A stretch of DNA of 64,000 nt from contig OX597829.1 of the NCBI GenBank assembly GCA_951406725.2, positions 51,398,001-51,462,000 on the forward strand, in the 5' to 3' direction. The position numbers and the translations under genes are program-made. The notes under the pieces were generated by a model, which was not told the origin of the DNA, searched no databases, and worked only from the letters and a program-made list of their open reading frames with translations. Shown here piece after piece: positions 12,984-26,317 of the stretch; within the stretch, counting starts at the first letter, position 1, and the number at the start of each line of letters is the position of its first letter. The stretch is from Octopus vulgaris (Eukaryota).

Positions 12984-13099
12984 GTCATTGATGATGAGTG
13001 GAGATCAAAACCTTAACAAGACATTAAATGTTTTAATCTCTTCAAATAAGGTTAATAATATTAAAAATCATCATCTTCATTACTGAGCTCTGCTAAGCC

Positions 13100-13570
13100 A
13101 TCGATCCACTTTGCCAGGGTCTTCTTTGTGAGGGGGTTATGTTTCTGCTCCACAGAGGAGAATGGAGAAGACCAATGCATTGTAGATGCAAAGCTTTATC
13201 TTCTGGGAGACAGAACAATGGTGCCACCAATGCTTCCACAAAGTGATGAGAAGAACTTTACATAGAACCATCATATTTCCAACCTCATAGCCATCCACAG
13301 CAAGAACTGGTACAGCCACATCCTCCTACCAGAAGAGCCTTATTCCCATTTGATGTAGAGGCTGCAGGTTGGAAGAGGCCCTATGGCAGACTCCACACCA
13401 TATAGCTGGACATGTTTAGGGAAGATCTTGATGTCATCTTGGAGGATGCTGAGTGGCGGGGACAGGATTGCCAGTGACAGGAAGCACTGGTGTACCTGGT
13501 CAGCTCTACACACAATGGCGCTTCTAGGAGCACTGACCTGGCATGACCCCCCAAGTCCCATCAAGTAAGA
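13100..13570. mobile_element. Decayed RTE LINE fragments in opposite orientations
   Basis: Minus strand KIKLCIYNALVFSILLCGAET; plus strand GWKRPYGRLHT-like RTE C-terminal motif. Confidence 0.6.
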
Positions 13571-15171
13571 GCATGAAGCAGCAAGCAGTAGCATCTTCTT
13601 TATAACTATCTCACACATTTAACCCTTTAGCATTTTAACTGGTCCAGCCCAAATACTAACCAGTTTTATATTCAAACCAACCAAGTCTGACCAGGTCTAG
13701 CCTACCAGGAAATGTCTTTAAATTAACCTATCACACCACCAAAGTCTCAAAAGCTACAGGATAATATACAATGAATTGAAAACAATGTGAATAAACGAAC
13801 ATTACATTTGATAAAGTTATTTGAATATTAAAGGGTCAATCCTTTAGAATTTAAACTGGCCATATCCTAAATATTCTATTCGTTTTATGTTCTAACTGAC
13901 CAAATCTGGCCTACCAGGCAATATATTTCTAAAACTAAACAATCACATCATCAAAATCTCAAAGCTATGAGATAATGCACAATTAATTCAAAACAGCATG
14001 TATAAATAAGCATTACATTTGACAAAATAATCTGGATGTTCCACAGTTAAACGTTTTAGAATAAGTTTGACTGTTTTGTTTTATCAAAAGGAAATAGTTC
14101 TAACAAATAATAAAGTTTAGATACTCTTCATTGCAAATGAAAATATCTATGAAAATCTGCCACACCACCAAACCATTTGTTGCAATCATGCAACAAAACT
14201 ATTGTCTGGATGACGAAACAAAGAAAGAAAAGAAAAACTACAACTCATGCTACACTAAAAATATCCTAAAACAATATTAAGCAGTGCTCACTGAAAATTT
14301 CATTAAAAAAACTAATCATTAATCAATATTTAAATCAACGTTTCTGACTATCAGAGTTAATGTCAGTTTCACATTAAAATTAATGAATTTGGATATGTTT
14401 GTATTGTGTTGAGTTAAAACCAAATCTGATATTGGGGAGTACTGACTCTTCATATTTTTCAGTTGTTGGACTGTGGGCCATGCTGGGGCACAGCCTTGAA
14501 GGGTTTTAATTGACTGAATTGACACTAGTACTTATTTCAACCCTTTCATTACTATATTTCTGTTGAGATGCTCTGTGTTTCTTTCAATTAATTTTAAATA
14601 TAACAAAGAATTTAGTTATCGTTAAGCTAGTGTTAGGAGCATAAATTGTGACTAAGGTTTGGTGGAAGATTTTAATTCAAAACTTATGAAAACAAGACAT
14701 TTGTATTACAAAGCCAGAGGCAGTTTCAGCCAGGTTGGTGTTGAAAGGGTTAAAGTTTGATACTTATTCTATTAGTCACTTTTACTGAACTGTTAAGTAA
14801 CAGGAATGTAAGCAAACCAACACCAGTGGTCAAGTGGTGGTGTGAGACAAACACAGGCAGGCAGACAGACAGACAGACACACACAAATATAAAGGGAACT
14901 AGTGCAGAATATAAAGACCCAAAAGAAAAATGATAAATCAGTTCTGAATTTTTACATTCTCAGCTCAAATCTGCTAACTCACTGCTTTTAATAAATCCTT
15001 TCCACTACAGGAACAAGGCCTGAAATTTTGGGAGAGGGAATGGAGGGGTGGTGCTAACCTGTGACATCAACCTGAGTACTCAACTGGCATTCATTCCATC
15101 AACCCCAAAAGGACGAAAGGCAAAGTCGACCTCAGTGAAATTTGAGCTCAGGACATAAAGACAAACGAAAT

Positions 15172-15458
15172 GCCCAGTACTTATTCTATCGGTCTCTTTT
15201 GCCGAACCGCTAGGTAACGGGGACATAAACACACCAGCATCGGTTGTCAAGCAATGCTAGGGGGACAAACACATACACGCATATATATATACATATATAC
15301 GACGGGCTTCTTTCAGTTTCCGTCTACCAAATCTACTCACAAGGCTTTGGTCGGCCCGAGGCTATAGTAGAAGACACTTGCCCAAGGTGCCACGCAGTTG
15401 TACTGAACCCGGAACCATGTGGTTGGTAAGCAAGCTACTTACCACACAGCCTCTCCTA
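15172..15458 (-). mobile_element. SINE family A (lacking its 3' end), fused to a family B segment
   Basis: Homology to family A; family B-like sequence at 15000-15172 is directly adjacent. Confidence 0.8.
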
Positions 15459-15620
15459 TTGCTTTTTTTAATTTTTTTTTTTTAATAATAATTAACCAAA
15501 ATGAAGTAGATTGACAAATTTATTTTTTGAACCAGTTGATGACACAAGATGTCGAAATAGCGTTCACTAGATAACAATGGCACTCTTCTTTTAATTTTGA
15601 CGAATAATAATAATAATAAT

Positions 15621-15880
15621 TGTGCCTGTATTAATGGGTGCATTGGAAACTGTGATTAAAAATATAGACAAATGGTTGAAGGTTGGAATAGAATGTCCTG
15701 AAGAGCTTCTATAGAAAAACTTTGCCTCTTAAGGACGAGAAAGATTATCAGGAGGGTTCTAAGCACTTGAAAGAGTATTGAAAGCTTGAGGATACTTAAG
15801 GTTACAGGTAGTAACCCACTACCCACATAAACCCTATCAGAGATAAGAACAGACCCGAGTCAAATTGTCAATAATAATTC
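15621..15880 (+). mobile_element. Dong/R4-like RLE non-LTR retrotransposon 3' fragment in a (TAA)n tract
   Basis: Decayed VPVLMGALETVIKNIDKWLKVGIECPEELL*K..LLRTRKIIRRVLST* resembles the R4/Dong C-terminus (VIGALG..LQK.ALLGTA.ILRKVL); flanked by (TAA)n. Confidence 0.7.
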
Positions 15881-16087
15881 TTTCTAATTTCTAATTTTTT
15901 GTACAAGGCTAGCAAATTTGGGGTAGAGGGAGAGGACTCATCAATTACATTAACCCCAAAGTCCAACTGGTACTTATTTTAACACAAAAAGGATGAAAAG
16001 TAAAGGATTTGACTCAAGAATGTAAAGGTGATGAAATGCCACCAAGCATTTTGTCCAGTGTGCTAACAATTCTGTCAGCTCACTGCC

Positions 16088-16122
<35 letters not shown>

Positions 16123-16127
<5 letters not shown>

Positions 16128-16490
16128 GAGCACTCAGAGAGCGCAAACCTCCACCAAGGCAACACCAACGTCCTTCTCAATGATTAGCCAGAGATGAGTT
16201 TTAAAATGAGAATATTTGAAATAAATTCGACTTCTCCCACAAACGAGAATACTAAAAATGAACCTGACTGCTCTCAAAAATTAAGTAAAAATACAGGAAA
16301 GATAATTCAGAATCCTTGTCTGGTACCGGATCAATCCCGAAACCTAATCAGTTCATGCCAGTCATGAGGCCAAACATCCCTGAAAGTTTCATTCGAATCC
16401 ATCCAGCGGTTCTTGAGATATCTTGTCCATGGACAAACAAACAAGCATGACTGAAAACAATACCCCCACCTTAGTGAAGGCGATAATAAT
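16123..16490. mobile_element. Non-autonomous DNA element, HINE/DINE-like (Helentron-associated)
   Basis: AAGAGCACTCAGAGAGCGCAAACCTCCACCAAGG at one end and GAAAACAATAC..CCTTAGTGAAGGCGATAAT at the other (subterminal inverted repeats); internal (AAAC)n; sits in a TAA tract. Confidence 0.5.
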
Positions 16491-16984
16491 TAAACAAATA
16501 GTTACTGAAGGCGACGGAGGCTCTTCGTGAGTTGCTAGATATGTTCTTTATTAGCACACAAATCAAAATATTAGTCATAAATGAAAAAGAAAAACTTACG
16601 GAGAAACTACAAAGAAGGTGGTTGTTATTGCACCACACTTATTCTATTAGTCAAGAACATGCTCATAAAGATTTTTGCTACTATATAACTTGTATGACTG
16701 ATGGAGGAAACCTATAGACACCCAGGCACAATACAAATACATAAAGAGGTGTGGTTGTTGTTGAGAGAAAGAAAAGAGTAGGAGGGACTGGAAAAGAAGA
16801 CAGTTTAGAAAGTTTTGTAATTCATCATGTTTTTTTGAATTCTGATAATATGCAAACAACTCATTATATATAGCCTGACAGATTCAACCATCTATCCATC
16901 TTCTCTACCTACTAGAGGGTCGTGGGTGAGGAGAGTCCTCAGGTACCACTTCCATTGGGTCCTATAAGAAGTAACCATCATTAG

Positions 16985-17700
16985 ACTTTCCTGCCAACTG
17001 AAACTATGGCTATTATCCATTTTATTCCTGGTTTATCCCTAAGTCTCCTGCCAGTTGTGGGCCTAGTCCTCTGGCACTTTCTCCGTAAGGTCGTACCAGA
17101 AACAACCATCATTAAACTTTCCAGCTGGATTCCAAACCGTGACCAACTTAGACTTTGGATATTATCCAACCATCGTGCCGGTGGCATGTAAAAAGCACCA
17201 TCCGATCATGGCCGTTTGCCAGCCTCGTCTGTCACCTGTGCCGGTGGCACGTAAAAAGCACCCACTACACTCACGGAGTGGTTGACGTTAGGAAGGGCAT
17301 CCAGCTGTAGAAACATTGCCAGATCAGACTGGGCCTGGTGCAGCCTTCTGGCTTCCCAGACCCCAGTTGAACCGTCCAACCCATGCTAGCATGGAAAGCG
17401 AACGCTAAACGATGATGGTGATGATGATATCATTCTTGGTCTATCCCAAAGTCTCCTGTCAGCTGGTTTGACTTGAGGAATCTGTCTTGCAAGTCTTTCC
17501 TGCAACATTCTAATTACTTGCTTGTATTATCTGAGCTGTGACTTTTCAAAGTGGAGAAGTAGTGGCTTGGCCTGGAGAGACTCCCCGATCTCTGAACCAC
17601 ACACCCTGTCAAGTAATGTTTCTCCAGATATCCTTCAGAGGAATCCAATTTTGGTCACTTGTATTCAAGATCGTACTTTTCCAGTCATTACCCGACATTC
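16985..17700 (-). mobile_element. Decayed RTE LINE fragment interrupted by a family C element
   Basis: LES..MMVVSG....RTRPT and RWLDNI motifs on the minus strand. Confidence 0.5.
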
Positions 17701-17988
17701 ATGAAATCAAACTAGTTCGTAACTTTTGTGAAGTTAGTATATGATAGTTCAAAATTAATAGGAAGGGCATCCAGTCATAAAAACTCTGCCAAACACAGAC
17801 ACAGAAGTCTGGTGCAGGATTTTGCCTGGCCAGCTCCTGTCAAACCATCCAACCCGTGCCAGAATGGAAGGTGGGCGTTGAATGATGAAGAGGATGATGG
17901 ATTAAGAAGCAGACAAAACAAAATTAAATTTCATCACCAAAGAAAACAGTAGAAAAAAAAAAGGGAGCTAATGAGGGAGCCTCTACAC

Positions 17989-18168
17989 CAGTGGTTTTCA
18001 ACCAGGGTTCCGCAAGAAGTTACAAAACTGCTAAAATCGGCAGTAATTTTTAAGTCTCCTGTGCTGATATGTGTGCATAAGACTATTAAATTATTGCACA
18101 GGGGTTCCTCGAGCCAGTGGAATGTTTCCTTGGGGGTTCCGCTCCAGCAAAAAGTTTGAAAAGCACTG
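17989..18168 (-). mobile_element. hAT (Charlie-like) MITE, same family as 927-1128
   Basis: Reverse complement of 927-1128 with a small deletion; perfect 8-bp TSD CTCTACAC at 17981-17988 and 18169-18176. Confidence 0.9.
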
Positions 18169-18432
18169 CTCTACACAATCATTAAACCTGCTAGTAACAG
18201 TAGCCAAATCTCTCTCAAATCACTTACCTTTTATTATAATTTTCTTTTTTACTTGTTTCAGTCAATGAACAACTATGTTGGGGCACCAACACGAGTTTTG
18301 TTGAACAAATCAACCCCAGTATTTATCCTAATTTCATTTGAACTGCCAAGTTATGAGGAAGTAAATAAACCAACCTATTGTCAAACAATAGAGCGGGGAA
18401 GAGAGGGAGACAAACATAAATGTGTGTGTGTA

Positions 18433-18786
18433 GGATGCAACCTACACTCGCCTCCTTATGAGAACTCAAAATCTCTTGTGGAAGCATCATCCAACCAAAA
18501 TGCAAATATATGGGAAACTACCACCTGTATCATCTCTTGTGAAAGGTAGGAGAGTCCAGTTTGCTGGACATTGTTGTAGAGCTGAAAAAGGAGGCAATTT
18601 CTACTCTTCTCCTCTGGAAGCCATCTACTCGCAACACCAGAGGGCGCACACTCTCCTACCCTGATGTAATCTCCAGGGATACAGGCATCCAGCAACAGGA
18701 CCTCCATAATGCTATGATGGACCATGAAGTCTGGCGTAGCATAGTAAATTCCATTATCTCGACCACGGTCGAACGATGATGATGAT
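18433..18786 (+). mobile_element. LINE (RTE/RTEX-like) ORF C-terminus with a GAT tail, frameshifted
   Basis: DATYTRLLMRTQNLLWKHHPTKMQIYGKLPPVSSLVKGRRVQFAGHCCRAEK/EAISTLLLWKPSTRNTRGRTLSYPDVISRDTG...VER* then (GAT)n. Second 3' copy at 32813-32943. Confidence 0.8.
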
Positions 18787-19493
18787 GTGTGTATATATAT
18801 AACATATGCATACATAAGATGAGCCTCCACACAATTTCAAACTATCACATCCACTCACAAGACATTGGTGAGCCCAGCGTTATAAGAGGAGACACTTGCT
18901 CCAAGGTGCCACACATTGGGACTGAACTGAAAACCACATGGTTGCAAAGCGAGACTACACACCAAGACTTATCCCTTACAAGCACGTATTACTGTATATT
19001 ATGTGCCATGCTTTTGCTAAATTATTTTAGGGTCACTGTGTTAGTCTTGAGCTTTGCCATTTTCTTCAGTTCTTCCACCTTTGATCCAACAGAACAAAGG
19101 TCTGCTACTATAGCCCCAGGCCAAACAATGCCATGTGAGTGTATGTGTGTCAGTGTATGTGTGCACACAGGCAGGTGCGAGATGGTGTGCACGGGCAGGG
19201 GTGATGGTGTGGGCACGATGAGTGTGATGGTGTCTTTAGGTTTGTATTTGTCCCTCCACCACCACTTGACAACTAGTACTAGTGTGTTTACATCCTTGTA
19301 GTTTAGCAGTTTGGCAAAAGAAATAGAATAAGAGCCAGACTAAAAATAAAATATGTACTGGGGTAGAGTTGTGAAACAAAACCATTCAAGGTGGTGCTCC
19401 AGCATGGCAACAGTCCAGTGACTGAAATGAGTAAAAAAAATGAAGAAAAAAAAAGACAGACTAAGAAATAGAGTTTAAGAAAACTTCCAATGT

Positions 19494-19531
<38 letters not shown>

Positions 19532-19643
19532 CAATATATATATATATGTATAAAGGGAAAGTTTACGAAAATAAACAAAAGACGAAGGCAGGTGGAGTAC
19601 AAACAAACAGATGTATTAGTATAGCGCTCAGGAATAGAAAAAG

Positions 19644-19681
19644 TCTTTTACGTTTCGAGCCTACGCTCTTCGACAGAAAGA
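19644..19681 (-). ncRNA. Variant minimal hammerhead motif (CUGUCGA core)
   Basis: tcttt CTGTCGA a gagc gtag gctc GAAA CGT A aaaga. Confidence 0.55.
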
Positions 19682-20683
19682 TACACAGAAAAAAAGGAGA
19701 GAAATAAAATGCGTGTAGTAGCTAACAATGAATCATGGCAAAATCAATCCAGAGGATATCCTTATTGCTTATTTTGATTTTAATCACCTTATTTTGAAAT
19801 TGTATGGATACTACCATACCAAATTCTGGTGCTTCAACTTAAGTACCATATTCATCTGAATCTCTCTCTCATATATATATATATTGGCATGTAAAAAACA
19901 CCATCCGATTGTGGCTGTTTGCCAACCTTGTCTGGCACCTGTGCCCGTGGCATGTAAAAAGCACCCACTACACTCACGGAGTGGTTGGCGTTAGGAAGGG
20001 CATCCAGCTATAGAAACACTGCCAGATCAGACTGGAGCCTGGTGCAGCCTTCTGGCTTCCCAGACCCCAGTTGAACCGTCCAACCCATGCTAGCATGGAA
20101 AGCGGATGTTAAACGATGATGATGATATATATATATATATATATAAAATAATGAAACAGTTACTATGAAGCATTGTATAGAATATATTGTATAAAGGATC
20201 ATGAGTAAGGCCAGAACAATGCAAAGTAAAAGCAAGGCATATCACACACACTAACACACACCTGCAACATTCGTTAATTTCTTGAGGACAGAGTCATAAC
20301 CCTGAAATATTGAATGCAAGGTGAGTCTATATTAATTCATATATTTGTTTCCTTGTGATTTACCTTGTTTTTACTTTGCATTGTTCTGGCTTTACCCATG
20401 ATCCTTTATATAATATATATATATATATATTGGTTTCAAATTTCGACACAAGGTCAGCAATTTTGGGGGAGGAGGGCAAGTTGATTACATCGACCCCAAT
20501 GCACAACTGGTACCACTTATATTTGACCCCAAGAGGATGAAAGGCAGAGTCAACTTCAGTGGAACTTGAACTCAGAACATAATGATGGACGAAATGTTGC
20601 TAAACATTTTTGCCTGGCGTGCTAATGGTTCTGCCAGCTTGCCGCCATCAATTTGATAGATATGTTAAAAAAAAAAAAAATCA

Positions 20684-21002
20684 AGCCTCGGGCCAACCAA
20701 GGCCTTGTGAGTGGATTTGGTAGACGGAAACTGAAAGAAGCCCGTCGTATATATATGTATATATATATATGTGTGTGTATGTGTGTGTGTCTGTGTTTGT
20801 CCCCCTAACATTGCTTGACAACCGATGCTGGTGTGTTTACGTCCCCGCAACGTAGCGGTTCGGCAAAAGAGACCGATAGAATAAGTACTGGGCTTACAAA
20901 AGAATAAGTCCCGGGGTCGAGTTGCTCGACTAAAGGCGGTGCTGCAGCATGGCCGCAGTCAAATGACTGAAACAAGTAAAAGAGTAAAAGAGTAAAGAGA
21001 GT
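20684..21002 (+). mobile_element. SINE family A, 5'-truncated
   Basis: Homology to family A; tandem AGTAAAAG tail. Confidence 0.85.
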
Positions 21003-21481
21003 AACTAAATATCAGTATATCAACTGCTGTAAGTTTTCACCTCATATACACAAAATGTTTTTCAGTATACAAAATATCATGAGGATAATTGGAACATATG
21101 TCAGACTATTATTTCCAAAATAATTTTTATTATAAAAAAAAATCAATAAAAAACAGAAACATCAAACAAAAAGTCTTTTTTTTTCTCAAAGTTATTTGCA
21201 TAAACCATCTATCTATCCTATTAATTGATTCTAAATACCTACCTATTAACTGATTCTTATTCATTACAATAAAATTAAAATTGTGTATATAAATTTTTTT
21301 AAATTGTTTGTTTTTTTTTTTCTAGAATCTTTTTAGGTAAGGAGACGCTGTCCATAACTGATTTTCAGGACCTCTAAGATCGGTGAAGGGAAGGGAAGAC
21401 GGTATTCTCAAACTGTAAACCTGGCCCAGAAGCTTACAACAGGGGTGGACTCCACTAAAGTTCCAGTATTGAAAGTATTAA

Positions 21482-21916
21482 CCCTTTCGTTACCAACCCG
21501 GCTCTGGCTCTGTAGTACAAATGTCTTGTTTTCATAAGTTTTGCATTAACCCTTTAGTGTTTAAACCGGCCATATCTGGCCCAGATATTCTACATGTTTT
21601 ATATTCAAACTGGCAATATCTAGCCTCTCACACCTACCCGACAATGTCATTCTAAATATAAACAATCACATCATTGAAACCTCAAAGCTATAAGATAATG
21701 CATGATTAATTCAAAACAATTTGAGTGGAAAAGTATTACATTTAACAGAGTAATCTGAACACTAAAGGGTTAAAATATACCATCAAATCTTAGTCGCAAT
21801 TTATGTTCCTAACACTAGCTGAATGACAACTGAGTTATTTTACTTAATTCTTTGTTATATTTAAAATAATTGAAAGAAACACAGAGCATCCCAAAATAAA
21901 TACAGTAACGAAAGGG
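21482..21916. mobile_element. piggyBac-type MITE P2 containing a nested P1 MITE (21550-21769)
   Basis: Outer TTAA|CCCTTTCGTTAC...GTAACGAAAGGG|TTAA; inner element has its own TTAA TSD. Uninterrupted P2 copies at 14540-14753 and 33197-33425. Confidence 0.88.
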
Positions 21917-24900
21917 TTAAACAGGGTAATAAATTAAGACTGCCACCCCAGTAAGCCATGGCAGAATTTGAACCTGGAACTCTAAGAGCAAAATATCACA
22001 CTGCAAGGCAGTCTGTCTGACATTCATTCTTTACAATTCCACTGCTCTGGATCAGTAAATTTTTTACTGATCCTTGAAAGGATTAATAAAAGCAAAGTTA
22101 ACCTGTGCTTGAGAAGCCCTATTGAGTCAAGTAAAATCGCTGTCATGGCCGATGCCAGTGCCGCCTGACTGGCACCCATGCTGGTTGCACGTAAAAAGTG
22201 TCATATGAGCATAATCAATGCTAGTGCTCCCTGACTGACCCCCATGCTGGAGGCATGTAAAAAAACACCTACTACACTCCCAGAGTGGTTGATGTTAGGA
22301 AGGGCATCCAGCTGTAGATGCATGAATGCAGTCCTCAAACCGTCCAACCCATGCCAGCATGGATAGCGGACATTAAATGACGATGATGATGAACCTCGGT
22401 GGAATTTGAACTTGAAACACAAGTGCCAATTTCCTACCTTACGGTATGGTATATTCCTAAATTGATGTCACCATGATTCTTGTCAAACCACTTTATGTAA
22501 TTATGTTAAGGATCCCTGTACACCAGTAAATTTCCCCCTTCATAACATTCCAGGCAAACATTGATATTTGTTTTAATTCAAATGCTACGCAATTTCTCAA
22601 CATAACTAACTCAGTAGTTTCATTTTCAAGCACGGACATGTTTAGTCATAGGACTAAAATAATTTGAAATATTAATTTAAGGTTGGCCAACCAGTATGTT
22701 GTACTAATGTTTTTTTCTTTTTCTCTCTCTCTCTTTTGTTTTCCCCTCCCTACCAGTTTTTGGTATTTAATGTCTTGCAGAAGATAAACTACTTTAATAG
22801 TAAAACTATGATGTCTGTCCTGGCAAAACAGTTCAACAAAATCTTAAAAAGTAGAGCTTAGCATCAAATTTAAGAAGCATAAATTAAGTCATTTTGATTG
22901 TATCCAGGGTTTGTTGACAATAGCTAAAGCTGGTTTAAATCAACAAGATGACAAAAAAAAAAAAAAAGGAAGACTTGTTTATATACTTACATCTTACATA
23001 CACAAATATTACCAATATGTAGTAGGAAATGTGTAAACTAAAAAAGTTATCAAAGTCTTTTTGTTTCAACCTTATTTGCATACAACAATTTCAAAACTGG
23101 TATCTATTCAACAATAATTTACCATCTTGTGAAGAAATTGCCTGACTTTGTTAGCCCAATCGTATGAATTAAATTCAAGGGTTAACAATATCTTAGTCCA
23201 AAGTTGTTTCCCAGTTCCAAACTACATGAATAAGCATACCTTTTATATAATATTTTCAGCAGATCTCCAGCTGTCACAGTGTACTTACTACTAGTGTTCT
23301 TGGCAAAGCATGACAAATATTTTTTGATAATAGAAAGGCATCAAATCATGTGTTTTGCTAATGAGAATTTACAAAGGAACTTTGAAATTGCAATTAAAAA
23401 AAAAAATCTTTATGACTTACTGGAGCACTATTATTGGTCTGTTGGTACGAGGGGAAAGGTAACAATATCCAAAGCTCTGTTTTTAGGTTCTTTTTAAAAG
23501 GGTGAGACTAAACGGAATTGTGATAAATTCTTAATACATCACAGCTCAGTGGATATAGAGTAGATATAAGCAAAGCAAAATATTCAATTTGAATGAGGTT
23601 TTCAGAGAAAGTAGTGAAATAAGAACAGAACTAAGTTCCTTGAATATCTTCAGGCTTATGTGGTTGACAGGAGTAGAAGTTGTCATAGAAAATGGAATAC
23701 AATTCAACAAAAGGTTGATTATTTGCTGAGAGAAATTTTAAAATGACAGAGAGATGGGGGGGGACTTGCTTAATGTATTTATGTGCAGATAATATCAATG
23801 GTACTGTCGGAGAGTTTCACATGGTTAACAATGCAGTTTTGATGACAATTCCCATGACAAAACAGCACTGACTGAATGTGTTCCTAATGTGCACAAATTA
23901 GAGAATAACTAGCTTCCACCAGTATGCACAATCATATTAGAAGATCTCAAACTAGTGTATGTGCGTGAATCATCCACTTATCCGTGTGGGAAGGGACGAT
24001 GAATAGGTGTCCGATGAGACACTGATTACGTTTTTATGTGGAGAGATAATGTAGGTGTACAAACACGCACACACATACGTGATACTTTCATTTAGTCATG
24101 GACATGAAATGAAATGTAACATTTGGAGCAGTAGGTAGTAATACTTGATGCAAAGTCCACATTCTAATGATTTGGTCTTCATTGTCTTTTTAATTTGCTT
24201 CACACACCACCATGTCCTCAACACTTACCACAAGCTCTGAAATTACAATTTTCCTCACTAGCTGTTAAACAAGGTATGATTAACCAAATATTTCAAATTC
24301 TTAACTATTATGTCCTTCAATTAAGAAAAAGAAGAAAAGAAAAAAAAACTTTTATCTTTCATTTTATGAATTTGTAGTATTGTAGGTATGTCAAAAAGCT
24401 AACTCTTTTGAGAGACCATATTCCTTATGAAATAACTTCAATTAGTTTTTGAAGAAAAGAAAAGAATTTGGAAAGATTTAGTAAACTGATTTCTTTATTA
24501 ATAAAGCTGCTGTTTAAAACATAACATGTTCTAATATATAATTAAAATAAGCTTTAAGTTAAATATGATCACTTTATTATGGACAAAATGGTTATAAGAA
24601 GGTTGAAAGGTGTTCAGATGACAAATGAAATGCTTTTAAATAAAACATCTGGATTCCAGACACTTCAGTAGTTAAGGAAAGCATAAAGAGGTATTTTGAT
24701 TGATCCTAACAGAAATTCAAAAGCTGACATGAAACCACCTTTCATACTATGACAAATTTTATTTGCCTTTTAAAAATAAAATTACTGAATAGAATACCAC
24801 TTCATATTTCTTTTGACTTTATGCTCTGGGTTCAAATTTCAAAGTGGTCAACTTTGCTTTTCACCTTTTTCGGATTGAGGGGAGAATAAAAAAAGGGTGG

Positions 24901-25708
24901 AGGGAATAGAACACTCTAGGACGGAGGAGCAGTGGACTTGTATGAACATCAGACTGGATGTGTTTACAGTATTTCTCCTAGCTTTTTGCATTCTGAGTTC
25001 AAATTCATAAGCTCACGGAAAAAGGGTGGAAGCACATCCCCTAAAATTTTGTAGCAGGCATTAAAAATGCTTTGAACATCCTCCTGAAAAACTTCATTGC
25101 CAAAAGGAACAAGCCTCAAAACAGTTTTGAACTTACTTGAAACATTACATTTCCCTTATTGGATTGATTTGATTGATGTACAAATATAATAATAATTATT
25201 ATCATCATCATTATTATTATTATTATCATTATTATTATACCCATGTTTGTTTTGTTATGACTGGAAAAAAAGTCAATGTTGATTATAAAAATATTTTGGA
25301 CGTGGGTTTGTCCTCTAAGCAAATTTTGTTCCTGCACTTGTGTTGAAATCCTATCCTGCCCTGCCCTACACGGGTGGCAGATTTAATTCTTCACCTTCAC
25401 CTCGTTCAACGCCACCAACTGGAATGTGCAGAGACCAGTGTTGCCAGCATTCAGGCCAGGTCTCTCTCCCCCCCTCCTGCCCGCCCACCCACTAGTGTCA
25501 GAAAGCTCTGTATAAAGAGCCATGGACATCGTTTTTCCCTCCTGACAAAAAAGACAATTTTATTTTTTTTTAAATTAAAAACATTTCCAATTTTATGCAA
25601 GAGTCTTCCATTAAGTTTTGTGATAAGAAACATGATAAACAAAATCTCTATTACAAAAATATACACTTTAGATGAGTTGTAGTGCACCTGAGCACTGTAC
25701 ACAATTAC

Positions 25709-25740
<32 letters not shown>

Positions 25741-25756
25741 GTAAAAATCAACATAC

Positions 25757-25964
25757 CTGGATTGTTGGCTTCTTCCTCGAGTCGTTGTACTTGGGAACAG
25801 TCTGAGGCACTCTGTTCAAGAACTTGGGCAATAAATTTAACTTGAATGGGTGATAACCGTTTCAGCAATGAATACAAGGCCACTGTTTGCTCGCATTCAC
25901 TCCAACTCTGAAACCAACTTGATATAGTTTTCACTTGATCTTTAAACATATTATTGGACTTCAT
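25757..25964 (-). CDS. SAMD4: Protein Smaug homolog (SAMD4/Smaug), first coding exon
   Basis: Translation [69 protein letters not shown] matches the Smaug/SAMD4 N-terminus as I recall it ([65 protein letters not shown]). Ends at donor CCAG|GTATGT (GT at 25756-25755), phase 1. Confidence 0.95.
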
Positions 25965-26317
25965 AATGTCAAGTTTACAGCCGTTCTACACTCCTCCGCT
26001 TCTTTCTCTATGTTTGTTTGCATTCATATGCAAGTTTTGTCAGTGAGTGAATGAGCGAAATATATAGAAATAGGGCAAAAAAAAAGAACGACTGAAAATA
26101 TCAGAAATAGACAATTTATGAAAAATAAACATTGAATGTTTATGACATCGTTCTTTTGTGTGCATATATAAAAAAAATTTATATATACGTTCTTAAATGC
26201 TTCTGTAATGGCTGAATATGAAAATATTTGTTTTACGTTGATAAATCCTCCACGAATGTTTGATGAAATTGAAAATCTAGCAAGAGGTATCCGCATTCAA
26301 ATCGCTCCACACCTCAG
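25965..26317 (-). other. Putative 5'UTR part of the first coding exon of Smaug
   Basis: On the minus strand a pyrimidine-rich tract (cttcgcctcctcttcctcctcc...cctcttcaacAG) ends at 26318. A consensus donor ATG|GTGAGT lies at 26712-26707. The sequence is repeat-free. Confidence 0.45.

Larger units (their letters stand above)
170..25756 (-). other. ~25.6 kb phase-1 GT-AG intron of Smaug
   Basis: Bounded by the donor and acceptor above; the reading frame is conserved across the junction. Confidence 0.88.

Noticed and set aside
22400-25700. Additional Smaug exons in the SINE-poor 5' part of the intron
   Set aside because: The two identified exons already join colinearly with SAMD4, and no coding signal is visible. 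The region may be regulatory, but I cannot support that from the sequence.
25668-25756. Poly-Asn C-terminus of the 98-aa ORF
   Set aside because: Read-through into an intronic (AAT)n after the splice donor.
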